From contig CAYPEN010000003.1 of NCBI GenBank assembly GCA_964409875.1, positions 128,557-192,556 of the forward strand: DNA of 64,000 bases, written 5' to 3'. The position numbers were made by a program, and so were the translations under genes. Origin of the DNA: an uncultured Gammaproteobacteria bacterium. GTDB taxonomy: Bacteria > Patescibacteriota > Microgenomatia > Levybacterales > GWA1-39-11. The notes under the pieces were generated by a model. The model saw only the letters and a list, made by a program, of their open reading frames with translations. It was not told the DNA's origin and ran no database searches. Numbering within the stretch: position 1 is the first letter of the stretch; every line of letters begins with the position of its first letter. Below are positions 17,285-27,906 of this stretch, one piece after another.

Positions 17285-18661
17285 ATGCGGGATTTTCTCG
17301 TGTGGGCGGTATTATTTTATCTTCGCTTTTGGGCGCGTTTGGCGCTTACTCTTCATAGACCCTATGTCATCGGTGTAGCGGGTTCTGTCGGAAAATCATC
17401 AACCCGTAACGCGCTTTTTGCTGTCTTGAAGGACAATTTCAAAACAGAAGTGGTAAGTGGAAATTCTGAGACAGGAGTGCCTTTTGGAATATTGGGAATA
17501 ACCATTGATGGTTTTGACAAGAAAAATTGGTTCAGAACACTTATGAGGGCACCGTTTCGGTTGCATCATTTAAGGGGAATAACGCATTTAATAGTCGAAA
17601 TGGGTATCGATGACCCGTATCCACCAAAAAATATGTCGTACCTTTTAACTATAGTAAAACCGGATATGGGAATAGACCTTAATGCTACTGCCACACACAC
17701 GCAACAGTTCGAAAAACTCTTAAAAAAGCACACGAGAGACACGAAAGAGTTTCTGTTGGGAAAAATTGCAGAGGAGGACAGTAAAATAATAACAAACGGA
17801 TATACAAAAGTTGGCATCTACAACAAGGATGACGCGCGGGTAGTAGGTAAAATTGAAAAGAAAGCAGTTAGTGGCTCATTGATACTGCTTACATTCGGAT
17901 CGAGCAAAAGCTGCTCTGTGTACTATAAAGATTATACTGTTACAACAAAAAAAACAAAATTTTTATACGGTGTCCCAACGCAAAAAGGGGAGCGTGTTAT
18001 TGAATTATCCTTTCCTGGTATTCTTCTTCCACCAGCATCCCGCGAGAGTTTTGCATCCGTACTGCTTGCAAGTCACGCGCTTGGGCTTTCCTATGTTCAA
18101 ATAAAAGAATCTCTTGAAAAAAACTTCACACTCCCAAAAGGCCGTTCTTCACTTTTTGAGGGTATTAAAAACTCTCTTATTATCGACTCGTCGTACAACT
18201 CATCCAAAAGTACTGTCCTTTCTTTTTTAGAGCTTTGTAAAAACCTTAAAGAGCGCACAGGCAGACAAGTCGTTTTTTTAATGGGGGATATGCGGGAGCT
18301 CGGAAATGAAGCCAAAAGTGAGCATGAAGAAGTGGCAAATGCGTTAGTTTCCGTAGTTGACGAATTGTACTGCGTTGGACCATTAACAAATGAATATGTG
18401 GTGCCTCTAGTCAAAGAAACGATAGGGAAAAAAGGGAAAACGCGTAAAGTAGAGGTTTATAAAAACGCTGTTCAGGCCGGCCTTCATATGAAAGAAGAAT
18501 TGCCGGACAATGCATTGGTGCTTGTGAAAGGTTCACAAAATACTCTCTATCTTGAGGAGGCAATAAAGTTTTTACTTTCAAGCCAGAATGATGTGAAAAA
18601 CCTGACACGTCAAGAAGACTATTGGATAAAAACGAAGCAAGCATTTTTTAATATTCAGTGA
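17285..18661 (+). CDS. Mur ligase, MurF-like
   Basis: GSVGKSST P-loop, VEMG, DSSYNSS, GDMRELG, VKGSQ. Confidence 0.85.
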   Translation: MRDFLVWAVLFYLRFWARLALTLHRPYVIGVAGSVGKSSTRNALFAVLKDNFKTEVVSGNSETGVPFGILGITIDGFDKKNWFRTLMRAPFRLHHLRGITHLIVEMGIDDPYPPKNMSYLLTIVKPDMGIDLNATATHTQQFEKLLKKHTRDTKEFLLGKIAEEDSKIITNGYTKVGIYNKDDARVVGKIEKKAVSGSLILLTFGSSKSCSVYYKDYTVTTKKTKFLYGVPTQKGERVIELSFPGILLPPASRESFASVLLASHALGLSYVQIKESLEKNFTLPKGRSSLFEGIKNSLIIDSSYNSSKSTVLSFLELCKNLKERTGRQVVFLMGDMRELGNEAKSEHEEVANALVSVVDELYCVGPLTNEYVVPLVKETIGKKGKTRKVEVYKNAVQAGLHMKEELPDNALVLVKGSQNTLYLEEAIKFLLSSQNDVKNLTRQEDYWIKTKQAFFNIQ

Positions 18662-19134
18662 GTTTTCTGGTATTCTTCACTTTTGTCTATGTCTTCCCCG
18701 ATGTTTAATTCCTGTGGATGTTCTTCGTCTTCATTTTGGGCAAGCCCCATTTTCTGTGCGCTTTTAAGAGTGTCATCATCGCTTGCAGGGTCGGAAGTTG
18801 TGCCGCTTATGTCTTGTTCGCTTTTTACAGAATCAGCGTAAGCACTATTAAGAGTTTCATTCTGAAGATAAGATGAGTTGTCTTCCGCTTCAGTTTTTTG
18901 GGGACTTTTAGGTTCTTGGGATGTTGAAGACTTCAGATTATCACTTGCAGTATCCATGTTCTTGTCGTACCGGAAATTGGATGCTGTTGCGACATTCGAA
19001 CTTGAAACTACTTGTGGGGGAGTATTTTTCTTATTGTTGGTGGTGATGCCCGGTAGTCCTGTTGTATCATTTATCATTTCGGCAAAATCGCCAGACGGGT
19101 CGAGAGGAGTTTTGATATTCGATTTATCGTTCAT
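18655..19134 (-). CDS. Hypothetical acidic, probably disordered protein
   Basis: Open frame rich in D/E/S/T/N. Confidence 0.65.
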   Translation of the reverse strand: MNDKSNIKTPLDPSGDFAEMINDTTGLPGITTNNKKNTPPQVVSSSNVATASNFRYDKNMDTASDNLKSSTSQEPKSPQKTEAEDNSSYLQNETLNSAYADSVKSEQDISGTTSDPASDDDTLKSAQKMGLAQNEDEEHPQELNIGEDIDKSEEYQKTH

Positions 19135-19227
19135 ACAGCAACGATACAAAAGCAATATAAAGAGAAGAAAAGATGAAGGTTGGAGATGTGAAAGAGTGTG
19201 CCGAAGTTATTGCCTCTTCAGTGATAT

Positions 19228-20943
19228 TTACCCGAAAGTAAATGCAAAAACATTCGAATTGTCGTCAAGGAAGATGAGTTGAATGACATGCTCCTCGGCC
19301 TTCGTAAAATGAAGCAGATGATAAAGCTTATTTTCATTGACTGTAATTTCCCCGTTTTTAACATCATTACCGTTAAACTTTTCAGGCAAAGTAACACCAT
19401 CAAGCAGTACCTTTATTTTGGAATTACCGTTCTTGCTATTTATGACAAGATATACGTCTTTTGCATTGAAGTGATAGGCAAGTAGAGAGTTAGCAAACGG
19501 CATTGCAGTTTGGTGCCCGATATTCCACTTTCCCTCGTACGCAAAAGAATTAAAATCAAGCTCGTCAGGAAGCGAATACGTTGTAACAGTATCGGGCATT
19601 GCTTCTTCTTTTGATGCAAACTTTCCGAGCCTGTCGTACCCTAAATACGTTTCAGGGGAGAGTGTCTCAATAGAGTATTCTTTGTTTTGCACTTTTTCGT
19701 TAACAGTTGCTCCTGTTTCTTTCAGAAGTTCCTGAATTTGTTTTTCGGTTTCATCATAATTCCCTTCGCCAAAATGCGTCATTCTCACTTTCCCATTCTT
19801 GTCGATGAGATACTTTGCCGGCCAATATTGATTTTCGTACGCATTCCAAGTGTCGTAATTGTTGTCCTGCATGACAGGATACGTAATTTGAAAGTCTTTG
19901 AGCGCTTTTTCTACGTTGTCAGGATTTTTTTCAAATTCGAATTCAGGAGTATGAACTCCGATAATAACAAGCCCTTTGTCCTTATATTTTTCATTCCAGG
20001 ATTTTATATACGGTAGTGTTCTTATGCAGTTGATGCAGGTGTAGGTCCAAAAATCAACGAGTACCACTTTCCCATGAAGCGAAGCTATTGTGAGGGGATT
20101 GCTGTTGAACCATTTACCTCCCGGTATGAGTTCCGGTGCTTGCGGATATGTATTCATATCAATGGATTTGCCTAACATTTGTTGATCAATTGAGGGAGTT
20201 TTTAGCCCTTTTAGGGAATTTTTTACAGCATTATTTTCTTCTATCTTTATGAGTCCTGCTCCATATTGTGGAAATTTTTGAATTATATACGCTTGGAATG
20301 TACGGTCGAGTCCAAAAAACATTGCAATTGCGGTTATTACCATAAGAATTCCAAAGGCTTTTTGGATGTTAACGGTATTTCTTAAAAGCCAGGGGACTTT
20401 TTGCAAAAGGGCTCTTCCCCCGAAAGTAATAAGAAGCATCGGAATTGCAGTGCCCGTGGCATACGAGAAAGTAATCAGTATTGCTGCCCCGTTCACGGAA
20501 TTGGCGGCTGCAAGGGCTATGACTGATGCGATAATTGGGCCAACGCATGGGGTCCACACCAGGCCAAGGCTTAAACCAAGCGCAATTCCGCTGAAAAAGC
20601 TTGTCCCTTGCTGCTTATTGGAAGAAAATAAACCCGAAATTTTTGTAAAAAGACGTTCCATTCCTGCCTGGAACTGTGGAAGCAGAAGGCTAAGTCCGAA
20701 AAGAAAGACAACCGTAATTGAGAAGTTACGCAAAGTGTCGGGGGATACGCCGGTTGCTTTAACAATAGATGAAAGAAAGAGTGTGAAGAGTGTGAAGCTC
20801 AAAATGAACCCGATTACGATTCCTACAGGACGTTTGTGCCCGCCGGATAGAGAGCCCGAAAGGACGATTGGAAGGACCGGCAGTATGCAGGGTGAAAGAA
20901 CGGTGACGAGCCCTGCCAAAAAAGCGAACAAAAAGAGGATCAT
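19228..20943 (-). CDS. dipZ: DipZ-type CcdA/thioredoxin fusion (transmembrane disulfide reduction)
   Basis: SPCILP and WTPCVGP in TM domain, WTYTCINC thioredoxin, C-terminal AFTFG. Confidence 0.92.
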   Translation of the reverse strand: MILFLFAFLAGLVTVLSPCILPVLPIVLSGSLSGGHKRPVGIVIGFILSFTLFTLFLSSIVKATGVSPDTLRNFSITVVFLFGLSLLLPQFQAGMERLFTKISGLFSSNKQQGTSFFSGIALGLSLGLVWTPCVGPIIASVIALAAANSVNGAAILITFSYATGTAIPMLLITFGGRALLQKVPWLLRNTVNIQKAFGILMVITAIAMFFGLDRTFQAYIIQKFPQYGAGLIKIEENNAVKNSLKGLKTPSIDQQMLGKSIDMNTYPQAPELIPGGKWFNSNPLTIASLHGKVVLVDFWTYTCINCIRTLPYIKSWNEKYKDKGLVIIGVHTPEFEFEKNPDNVEKALKDFQITYPVMQDNNYDTWNAYENQYWPAKYLIDKNGKVRMTHFGEGNYDETEKQIQELLKETGATVNEKVQNKEYSIETLSPETYLGYDRLGKFASKEEAMPDTVTTYSLPDELDFNSFAYEGKWNIGHQTAMPFANSLLAYHFNAKDVYLVINSKNGNSKIKVLLDGVTLPEKFNGNDVKNGEITVNENKLYHLLHFTKAEEHVIQLIFLDDNSNVFAFTFG

Positions 20944-20999
20944 AGAAAAAGCGTACTCCCACAATGAGTAAATGTCAAGTAGACTTTACATTTGAAGGA

Positions 21000-21368
21000 T
21001 TATTTTTTTCTTGAAGAGTAGAACCGATAGCCTATTTTTGCAAGAATCATACCAATCGCCGTGAAAATGAGCCAAGCATCAATGTCATGGTTAAGACTTT
21101 GCTTGACAATACCAATAATTGCTATCGACAATCCTGTGATAAATGATATCCGTCCGGCCCCGAGTACGTGGAGGCTTTCTCTTTCATCGTTTGCTTTTTC
21201 CCTCCAGATTAACCCGGCAAAGATAAAAAACAAAACGATAACAATTATTCCTGTCATTCCAGTCGCATTCATAGGCATAAGTAATCCTGTGGGGCTTAAG
21301 AAAAGTACGAGAAAACCTACAAGAATGATTGCAACGAAAAGTTCGGCTATTATATTTTTATCTTTCAT
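21000..21368 (-). CDS. Small 4-TM membrane protein (DUF2178-like)
   Basis: Hydrophobic helices with DERE motif; coupled to the HTH gene. Confidence 0.7.
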   Translation of the reverse strand: MKDKNIIAELFVAIILVGFLVLFLSPTGLLMPMNATGMTGIIVIVLFFIFAGLIWREKANDERESLHVLGAGRISFITGLSIAIIGIVKQSLNHDIDAWLIFTAIGMILAKIGYRFYSSRKK

Positions 21369-21561
21369 TTTCAACGGAAAAAATATCTTCGACCATTACA
21401 TTAAAGTATTTTGCAATTTTAATTGCAAGAAGCACAGAGGGTGTGTAATTCCCTTTCTCTATAGCAATAACCGTCTGCCTTGTCACGCCTATGGCATGTC
21501 CCAATTCTTCTTGGGTAAGCCCTTTTTTTGTTCTGTATGTAAAAAGATTATTTCTAAGCAT
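21358..21561 (-). CDS. XRE-family HTH transcriptional regulator
   Basis: GLTQEEL..GVTRQT.IAIEKG.Y.PS. Confidence 0.92.
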   Translation of the reverse strand: MLRNNLFTYRTKKGLTQEELGHAIGVTRQTVIAIEKGNYTPSVLLAIKIAKYFNVMVEDIFSVENER

Positions 21562-21850
21562 CGGAAAGAATTATACAGCTTTTTCCATAAGAACTCGCTG
21601 TTTGCAAGAAAAACGTCTTTAAAGATCCAAAAAATTGTGCAAGTTATCGCATAGTTATTTTATAACTTCGTTATTTTAGCTTTTTGTCAGTTATCTTATT
21701 TTTCTTTGGTTAAATCGCCATTGTGGATTTAAATAAGCATAGCATACCAAAGTTAATGTAACCTCATAGAACTTCACCATATTTACTATCTGTGGATAGT
21801 TGACTTTATCATTCAATTAGCCTATAATTCACAGCTTATATTAAAAAAAT

Positions 21851-22051
21851 ATGGGATATAACAAAACAAGTGCATTTTTAACCGTACAGGAGGTTGCAGA
21901 ACTTCTACGTTTGAGCGTTTTAACCATCTATAAATACATAAAAGAGGGCCAACTTGAGGCTTTAGAGTTCGGCGGACATTACCGTGTGTCACCCCTTTCT
22001 CTTGAACATTTTATTCAAAAACACATAGTGGGAGGTGGGGAAAATGCATAA
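21851..22051 (+). CDS. Excisionase-like HTH_17 DNA-binding protein heading the glycan locus
   Basis: FLTVQEVAELL..S..TIYKYI..G.L.A...G..YRV; overlaps next start. Confidence 0.85.
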   Translation: MGYNKTSAFLTVQEVAELLRLSVLTIYKYIKEGQLEALEFGGHYRVSPLSLEHFIQKHIVGGGENA

Positions 22052-24278
22052 GAATGCGCTCAAAAAAGAAATTTCAATTATTGTTCCGACATACAACGAG
22101 GTTGACAACATTGAAGAATTGGTTGTGCGGATAAACAGCACTTTTCTTCCCCAAAATTATAATTATGAAATTATTTTCATAGACGATAAGTCAACTGATA
22201 GAACTCCGTTGAGGATAAATGCGTTATGTAAAGCGTATCCTGTAAGGTTCTTTTCTAAGCAAGGAAGAAAGGGGAAAGCGTATTCGCTTTTAGAGGGTTT
22301 TTCTAAGGCAAAATACCAAAATATTGCAATTATTGACGCAGATTTACAGTATCCCCCTGAAGCGATATTGCCAATGGTTAAAAAGCTTTCGTCATTTGAT
22401 GTAGTTGTTGCCAATAGGCAGCAATACAAAGAAGGGTTGACCAGGAAACTCATGAGTAAAACATTTAGAACCTTCTTTGGGAAATTTTTATTCGGGATAG
22501 ATGAAGACGTACAGTCGGGGCTGAAAGTATTTAAGAAAAAAGTAGTTGAGTCTATACATTTTACCCCCTCATCCCAGTGGACATTTGATTTAGAGTTCCT
22601 GCACCGCGCTCGAGAAGCCGGGTTTGTTACTTCTTCTTACGACATTGCATTTGCAAAAAGAAAAAAGGGAAGTTCAAAAGTTGAAGCAGTCAAGACATCT
22701 CTTGAGATAGGACTGAATGCCCTTAAATTCAAATTCAAACGAATTCATCCAGTTCACATTGCATCCAATGGACAAGGGATGGTGGGTGCGGGTATCGGGT
22801 ACAAAAAACGCCAGTTCGTAACACATACAACGCTTCCTCATAACAAAAGCGCAGTAAGAACATTTCTTTTAAGACAAAAGCTTTTTATAGGAATTCTTGT
22901 GGCAACGACAGTTATCGGGTTAATTTTCAACACAATGGTAACGCTGGGTGTTTTGATTGCCTTTTTGTCTGCTGTCTATTTCCTTGACGTTGTATTTAAT
23001 GCGCTGTTAATTCTTAAGAGTCTCAAGCACGAGCAAGATATTCATGTAGGTGATGAGGCAATCAAAAATCTTTCCGATGAAAAATTGCCTGTTTACACAA
23101 TTCTTTGCCCGCTCTATAAAGAGGGGCATATAATTGCGCAATTTGTCGATGCTATCTCGCGCCTTTCATGGCCGAAAGACAAGCTTGATGTTTTACTTTT
23201 ATTGGAAGAGGATGATAAAGAATCACAGGAAGTTGCAAAAACACTCAATCTGCCGTCTTTTGTCAGGACAATAGTTGTCCCGAATTCGCAGCCTAAAACA
23301 AAACCGAAAGCATGTAATTACGGACTCTCGTATGCGAAAGGCGATTATTTGGTCATCTACGACGCTGAGGATATCCCCGACCCTATGCAGCTTAAAAAAG
23401 CGTATCTAGGGTTTAAGAAAGCCGGAAGTTCGGTTAAGTGCCTTCAGGCAAAACTTAACTACCACAACCCCCATCAAAATCTTTTGACTCGCTTCTTCAC
23501 AGCCGAATACTCACTGTGGTTTGATGTGACGCTTACCGGCTATCAATCCATTAACACGACAATCCCACTCGGTGGAACGTCAAACCATTTCAGGACAAAG
23601 GATTTACTGTCTCTTCAGGGCTGGGACCCTTTCAATGTGACAGAAGACGCTGACCTTGGGGTGAGGCTTTTTAAAGAAGGGTATAGAACCGCAATAATCG
23701 ACTCGACAACTCTTGAGGAAGCCAATTCAAAGTGGGGAAATTGGGTAAGACAACGCTCGAGGTGGATAAAAGGGTACATGCAGACGTATTTGGTCCATAC
23801 AAGAAATCCGTACGCTTTTGTCAAAACCAACAGGCACCACGCATTCCTTTTCAACATGATTCTGGGAGGGAAGATAGCTTTCATTCTTATAAATCCTTTT
23901 CTTTGGCTTGCAACGTTTTCCTATTTTGCGCTCTATGCGTACGTCGGGCCTGCAATTGAGCGGCTGTACCCTGCGGTTGTTTTCTACATGGCCGGATTTT
24001 CGCTGGTTTTTGGGAACTTTTTGTACCTTTATTACTACATGATAGGGCTTATGAAGCGTGAGCAGTACGCTCTTATCAAATACATTTACCTTGTCCCTTT
24101 CTACTGGCTCATGATTTCATTTGCAGGGTTTTATGCATTGTATCAGCTCATTCTAAAACCCCACTATTGGGAGAAAACAGTCCATGGGCTCGTCAAAGAG
24201 AAAGAACCAAAGAAAGCTTTTGCATTACCGAAAATTCTAGTTACACCCGTCAGGTACGGGATGTCATTATTCGCCTAG
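22044..24278 (+). CDS. Double GT2 fusion: DPM-synthase-like domain plus processive synthase-like domain
   Basis: N: PTYNE, IDD.S.D, DADLQYPP; C: DAED, TEDADLG, QRSRW, TMs. Confidence 0.92.
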   Translation: MHKNALKKEISIIVPTYNEVDNIEELVVRINSTFLPQNYNYEIIFIDDKSTDRTPLRINALCKAYPVRFFSKQGRKGKAYSLLEGFSKAKYQNIAIIDADLQYPPEAILPMVKKLSSFDVVVANRQQYKEGLTRKLMSKTFRTFFGKFLFGIDEDVQSGLKVFKKKVVESIHFTPSSQWTFDLEFLHRAREAGFVTSSYDIAFAKRKKGSSKVEAVKTSLEIGLNALKFKFKRIHPVHIASNGQGMVGAGIGYKKRQFVTHTTLPHNKSAVRTFLLRQKLFIGILVATTVIGLIFNTMVTLGVLIAFLSAVYFLDVVFNALLILKSLKHEQDIHVGDEAIKNLSDEKLPVYTILCPLYKEGHIIAQFVDAISRLSWPKDKLDVLLLLEEDDKESQEVAKTLNLPSFVRTIVVPNSQPKTKPKACNYGLSYAKGDYLVIYDAEDIPDPMQLKKAYLGFKKAGSSVKCLQAKLNYHNPHQNLLTRFFTAEYSLWFDVTLTGYQSINTTIPLGGTSNHFRTKDLLSLQGWDPFNVTEDADLGVRLFKEGYRTAIIDSTTLEEANSKWGNWVRQRSRWIKGYMQTYLVHTRNPYAFVKTNRHHAFLFNMILGGKIAFILINPFLWLATFSYFALYAYVGPAIERLYPAVVFYMAGFSLVFGNFLYLYYYMIGLMKREQYALIKYIYLVPFYWLMISFAGFYALYQLILKPHYWEKTVHGLVKEKEPKKAFALPKILVTPVRYGMSLFA

Positions 24279-24292
24279 TTTAGGCAAAAAAT

Positions 24293-26890
24293 ATGAAGTT
24301 ATTGGATACCTCAAGAACACTCCGTTCTGTTAAGAACGGGGATGAATTGAGGAGAAAAAACCTCTTCCTTTCGAGGCATGTCCTAGGCTTTAGCCTAGGA
24401 AAGAGGTTATTTAAAAAATTTAAAGGTTCAGATAGTGCTGTCAAAAGACGGGCAGGGTTTGTCTTATTTGCAACGGCATTATCAAATGTCTTCAACCTTC
24501 TGTATAACGCATTCTTAGGCAGAAGCGTAAGTCTAGAAGACTTTGCGCTCATCAGCCTTATCGGTGGAATCCTTTCAATAACCGATATTCCGGTAGGCGC
24601 TTTGGGTAAAGCTGTTGTCTATAAAAGTGCGTATCATTTCGGCAAATACAACAAGCCGGCAACCGCATTCTGGCAGTATCTTCGGAAAAGGGCAATTGTA
24701 GCTTCAATTATTGTTTCGCTTCTTTGGGTTTTGGCAAGCGTTGGGATTACGCATTTTTTTCATATCGGGAGCATTTGGCCGGTTCTACTTATTACCCCAA
24801 TTTGGGCAACCACTTTGCTTTCATCTGTTGACGGTGGTTACTTAAATGGAAATCTAAAATTTGTGTTTCTTGCCTGCATTGCGCTTGTAGAATCTGTCAT
24901 TAAGCTCACTATTGCATTTCTTTTAGTTAAAGCCGGCTATGATGAATTTGCCTATCTATCTATAGTTTTGTCATCAGCTGTATCCTTCATCTTAATTGTT
25001 GCTGCAGCTGCCAGAATTAAAAAGCCTTCAATAATCCGTATTCAGAAAAATGCATTAGCTTTTCCCTTTAAATTTTATTTTTCAAGCGCAATAACAAAAA
25101 TTTCAAATGTTGTTTACCTTTCGAGTGATGTAATTTTGGCAAAACACTTTCTTGCACCTAGCCAAGCAGGGGAATATGCATTATTATCACTCTCGGGCAA
25201 AATGGTGTTTTTTGCAGGATCGCTTTTTGCCCAATTTATCCTTCCAATTGTAAGCCACAAAGAAGGTTCTGGAAAAAATTCACACAAGGTTTTCTACCAA
25301 TTGCTGCTTGCTTCTTTTGCTTCAAGTTTTCTTGCTTTTCTTATGGTTGGGGCTCTAGGGCACTTTACCATGCCATTTATTTTCGGGAAAAAGACGGCAG
25401 CAATTATTGGATTACTTCCGCTTTACTCACTTGCGATGGTGGCATTTACGGTTGCCACGAATATAGTGTCATTTGACCAAATAAAAGGGAAACATGTTTT
25501 GCCTGTCGTAAGTTTTCTTTTGGCAATAGGAGAAATTGTGGGAATTCTTATGTTCCACGATTCCTTAAAAAGTATCTCGAGTGTTATGGTTGTCATGGGC
25601 CTTTTAAGTTTTGGTGTTATTGGGCTCTTGCACATATTGGAGCCATTCTATACGACAATATTTACCAACCTTCGTGATTTCTTTGATGTCTTTTTGCCAT
25701 ACGATACACAAAAAGCAACAAATGGGCTTCGGATTTTAGTTCTTAATTGGCGGGACACGAAGCATAAATGGGCAGGGGGGGCAGAAGTTTACGTCCAGGA
25801 ACTTGCCAAAAGATGGGTAAATGAAGGCAATTCAGTTACCATATTTTGCGGAAATGATAGAAAAAACAGCCGGAATGAGACTATTGATGGTGTAAACATA
25901 GTAAGGCGCGGAGGATTTTATACCGTATATCTGTGGGCAGCATTGTATTATGCGCTTCGGTTTAGACGGGACTTTGATGTGATTGTTGATTCTGAGAATG
26001 GCATTCCATTCATGAGCCCACTTTTTTCAACCAAGCCGGTTGTCCTTCTTATTCATCACGTGCATCAGGAAGTTTTTGTGACAAATATGAAATTCCCGTT
26101 GTCTTATATAGGCAAATTTATAGAAGGAAAATTGATGCCATTCGTATACCGCAACAAAACAGTCATAACGGTTAGTGAGTCTTCCAAAAAGGAAATCATA
26201 AAAGCGGGGATTGCAAAAGAAGAGAATATCCAAATCGTTAATCCCGGAATTGAGATAGCTACAGGAAGAATTAGAAAGTCGTCAGTTCCGCAACTAATTT
26301 ATTTAGGACGGCTAAAGGCCTACAAGAACGTTGACGTTGCGATACGTGCGTTCTCACTGGTTTTGTCAAAAGTGAAAAAAGCAAAGTTTTTGATTGTGGG
26401 AGAAGGAGAAGCGATAAGAGACTTACAGGATATCGTAATCAAAATGGAATTAACCGACAAAGTCAGCTTTTTAGGGAAAGTTACGGAACAAGAAAAAATA
26501 AAACATCTATCAGAAAGCTGGGTTGCGGTACAACCGTCTGACGTTGAAGGGTGGGGGATTACTGTTCTTGAGGCAAATGCATGCAAGACTCCGGTTGTTG
26601 CATCAAAAACAAATGGACTGAAAGACTCAATAATTGACGGAAAAACAGGACTTCTTATTCCTGTCAAAGACACGAAAGGCTTTGCAAATAGCATTACAAA
26701 GCTTATGAGAAATGAAAAATTGAGGGCCTCATATTCAAAAAATGCATATACCTGGGCTAAGAATTTCAGTTGGGACGAAACATCAAGAATGTTTTTCAAC
26801 GTATTGTCGTACGAAGTAACCAACAAACAAAGAATATTCTCAATTGAGCGTCTCGGTTATCTCATGAGCCGCGTCACATCACTTTTTTAA
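24293..26890 (+). CDS. Wzx-like flippase fused to a GT4 glycosyltransferase
   Basis: About 12 TMs, then NWRD..H..AGGAE, EGWGITVLEA (EX7E). Confidence 0.88.
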   Translation: MKLLDTSRTLRSVKNGDELRRKNLFLSRHVLGFSLGKRLFKKFKGSDSAVKRRAGFVLFATALSNVFNLLYNAFLGRSVSLEDFALISLIGGILSITDIPVGALGKAVVYKSAYHFGKYNKPATAFWQYLRKRAIVASIIVSLLWVLASVGITHFFHIGSIWPVLLITPIWATTLLSSVDGGYLNGNLKFVFLACIALVESVIKLTIAFLLVKAGYDEFAYLSIVLSSAVSFILIVAAAARIKKPSIIRIQKNALAFPFKFYFSSAITKISNVVYLSSDVILAKHFLAPSQAGEYALLSLSGKMVFFAGSLFAQFILPIVSHKEGSGKNSHKVFYQLLLASFASSFLAFLMVGALGHFTMPFIFGKKTAAIIGLLPLYSLAMVAFTVATNIVSFDQIKGKHVLPVVSFLLAIGEIVGILMFHDSLKSISSVMVVMGLLSFGVIGLLHILEPFYTTIFTNLRDFFDVFLPYDTQKATNGLRILVLNWRDTKHKWAGGAEVYVQELAKRWVNEGNSVTIFCGNDRKNSRNETIDGVNIVRRGGFYTVYLWAALYYALRFRRDFDVIVDSENGIPFMSPLFSTKPVVLLIHHVHQEVFVTNMKFPLSYIGKFIEGKLMPFVYRNKTVITVSESSKKEIIKAGIAKEENIQIVNPGIEIATGRIRKSSVPQLIYLGRLKAYKNVDVAIRAFSLVLSKVKKAKFLIVGEGEAIRDLQDIVIKMELTDKVSFLGKVTEQEKIKHLSESWVAVQPSDVEGWGITVLEANACKTPVVASKTNGLKDSIIDGKTGLLIPVKDTKGFANSITKLMRNEKLRASYSKNAYTWAKNFSWDETSRMFFNVLSYEVTNKQRIFSIERLGYLMSRVTSLF

Positions 26891-26894
26891 ATTT

Positions 26895-27902
26895 ATGAAT
26901 ACTTTTCCTTTAATAAAAATTAATAATTTAAATCTATGGCGTTTGCTTTTTTTGGAGTTAAGAAACATGTTTGCCATAAATAGTAATAAAAGTAAGCCTC
27001 TTTTACCGGAGGAGATTCTTGATTACAGATTAATAGAGGTAAAGAAAAATCGTTTGGATACCGATACTAATAGTTTGGGGGTTTATGAAAATCGCATTGG
27101 TCATAAGGCATTTGGGAAAATAATAGCGTTCAATTATCACAACACTGAATATTTCCGATTAAAAAATGAAATAAACTTTTACAATGTATATGCTTCACAC
27201 GCAAAAAGTAAGAATTTTAATAAAAAAAATTTAAATGTTCCCAAGTTAATATACTTTAAAGAGAGTAAAAACTCCCTTTTTGTATTATTGGAATATATTA
27301 GCGGTACATCGGCAAAGGATCTTGTAAATTTTGATAATGTTGCCGAATACATAAAAAATATTGACCTTCTTGTAAGTTTTGGCAAAAAATTCACTAAAAA
27401 GGAAAAGTCATTGTTTTCAAGTAGGAATATGCGTAGTTACCTAATGCTTTATCCGGGTTTATTTTTATCATCCTATTCTAAATACCCAAAAGCACGGATA
27501 GATCTACTTAGAGGGTTGGTGTTGCTGATTAGGAATTTTAACTTCATATTGAAACCTTCGAATTTAGTGCTTTCCCATAGAGATTTACATTTAGGAAATA
27601 TTATTTTTTGCAAAAAAAATACCTATCTTATCGACTTTGAACTAGTTGGTTATTCATTGCCTCTTTATGATTACCTTGTAGCATTGAAACAGGAATGGTC
27701 TAACGTAAAATTTAGAAAAAAACTGATAAAAAGCTTAGAACAACAAAACAATAAAAATGTTAATTTCGAAGATAATATTCGTACGCTAGGTATTTTTATT
27801 GCAACACATGGGTTAACAGATGCTAATAGTAGTGCAAACGAAAAAAGTAATATTCATGAATTTCTTAAATTTTTTCTTAATTATAAAGTCCATAAGGATT
27901 AG
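26895..27902 (+). CDS. Aminoglycoside phosphotransferase/kinase-like protein
   Basis: HRDLHLGN and IDFE kinase motifs. Confidence 0.78.
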   Translation: MNTFPLIKINNLNLWRLLFLELRNMFAINSNKSKPLLPEEILDYRLIEVKKNRLDTDTNSLGVYENRIGHKAFGKIIAFNYHNTEYFRLKNEINFYNVYASHAKSKNFNKKNLNVPKLIYFKESKNSLFVLLEYISGTSAKDLVNFDNVAEYIKNIDLLVSFGKKFTKKEKSLFSSRNMRSYLMLYPGLFLSSYSKYPKARIDLLRGLVLLIRNFNFILKPSNLVLSHRDLHLGNIIFCKKNTYLIDFELVGYSLPLYDYLVALKQEWSNVKFRKKLIKSLEQQNNKNVNFEDNIRTLGIFIATHGLTDANSSANEKSNIHEFLKFFLNYKVHKD

Positions 27903-27906
27903 CAAT

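Noticed and set aside
21851-22051. Excisionase as evidence of a prophage or ICE
   Set aside because: No integrase or phage genes; it is coupled to the GT operon
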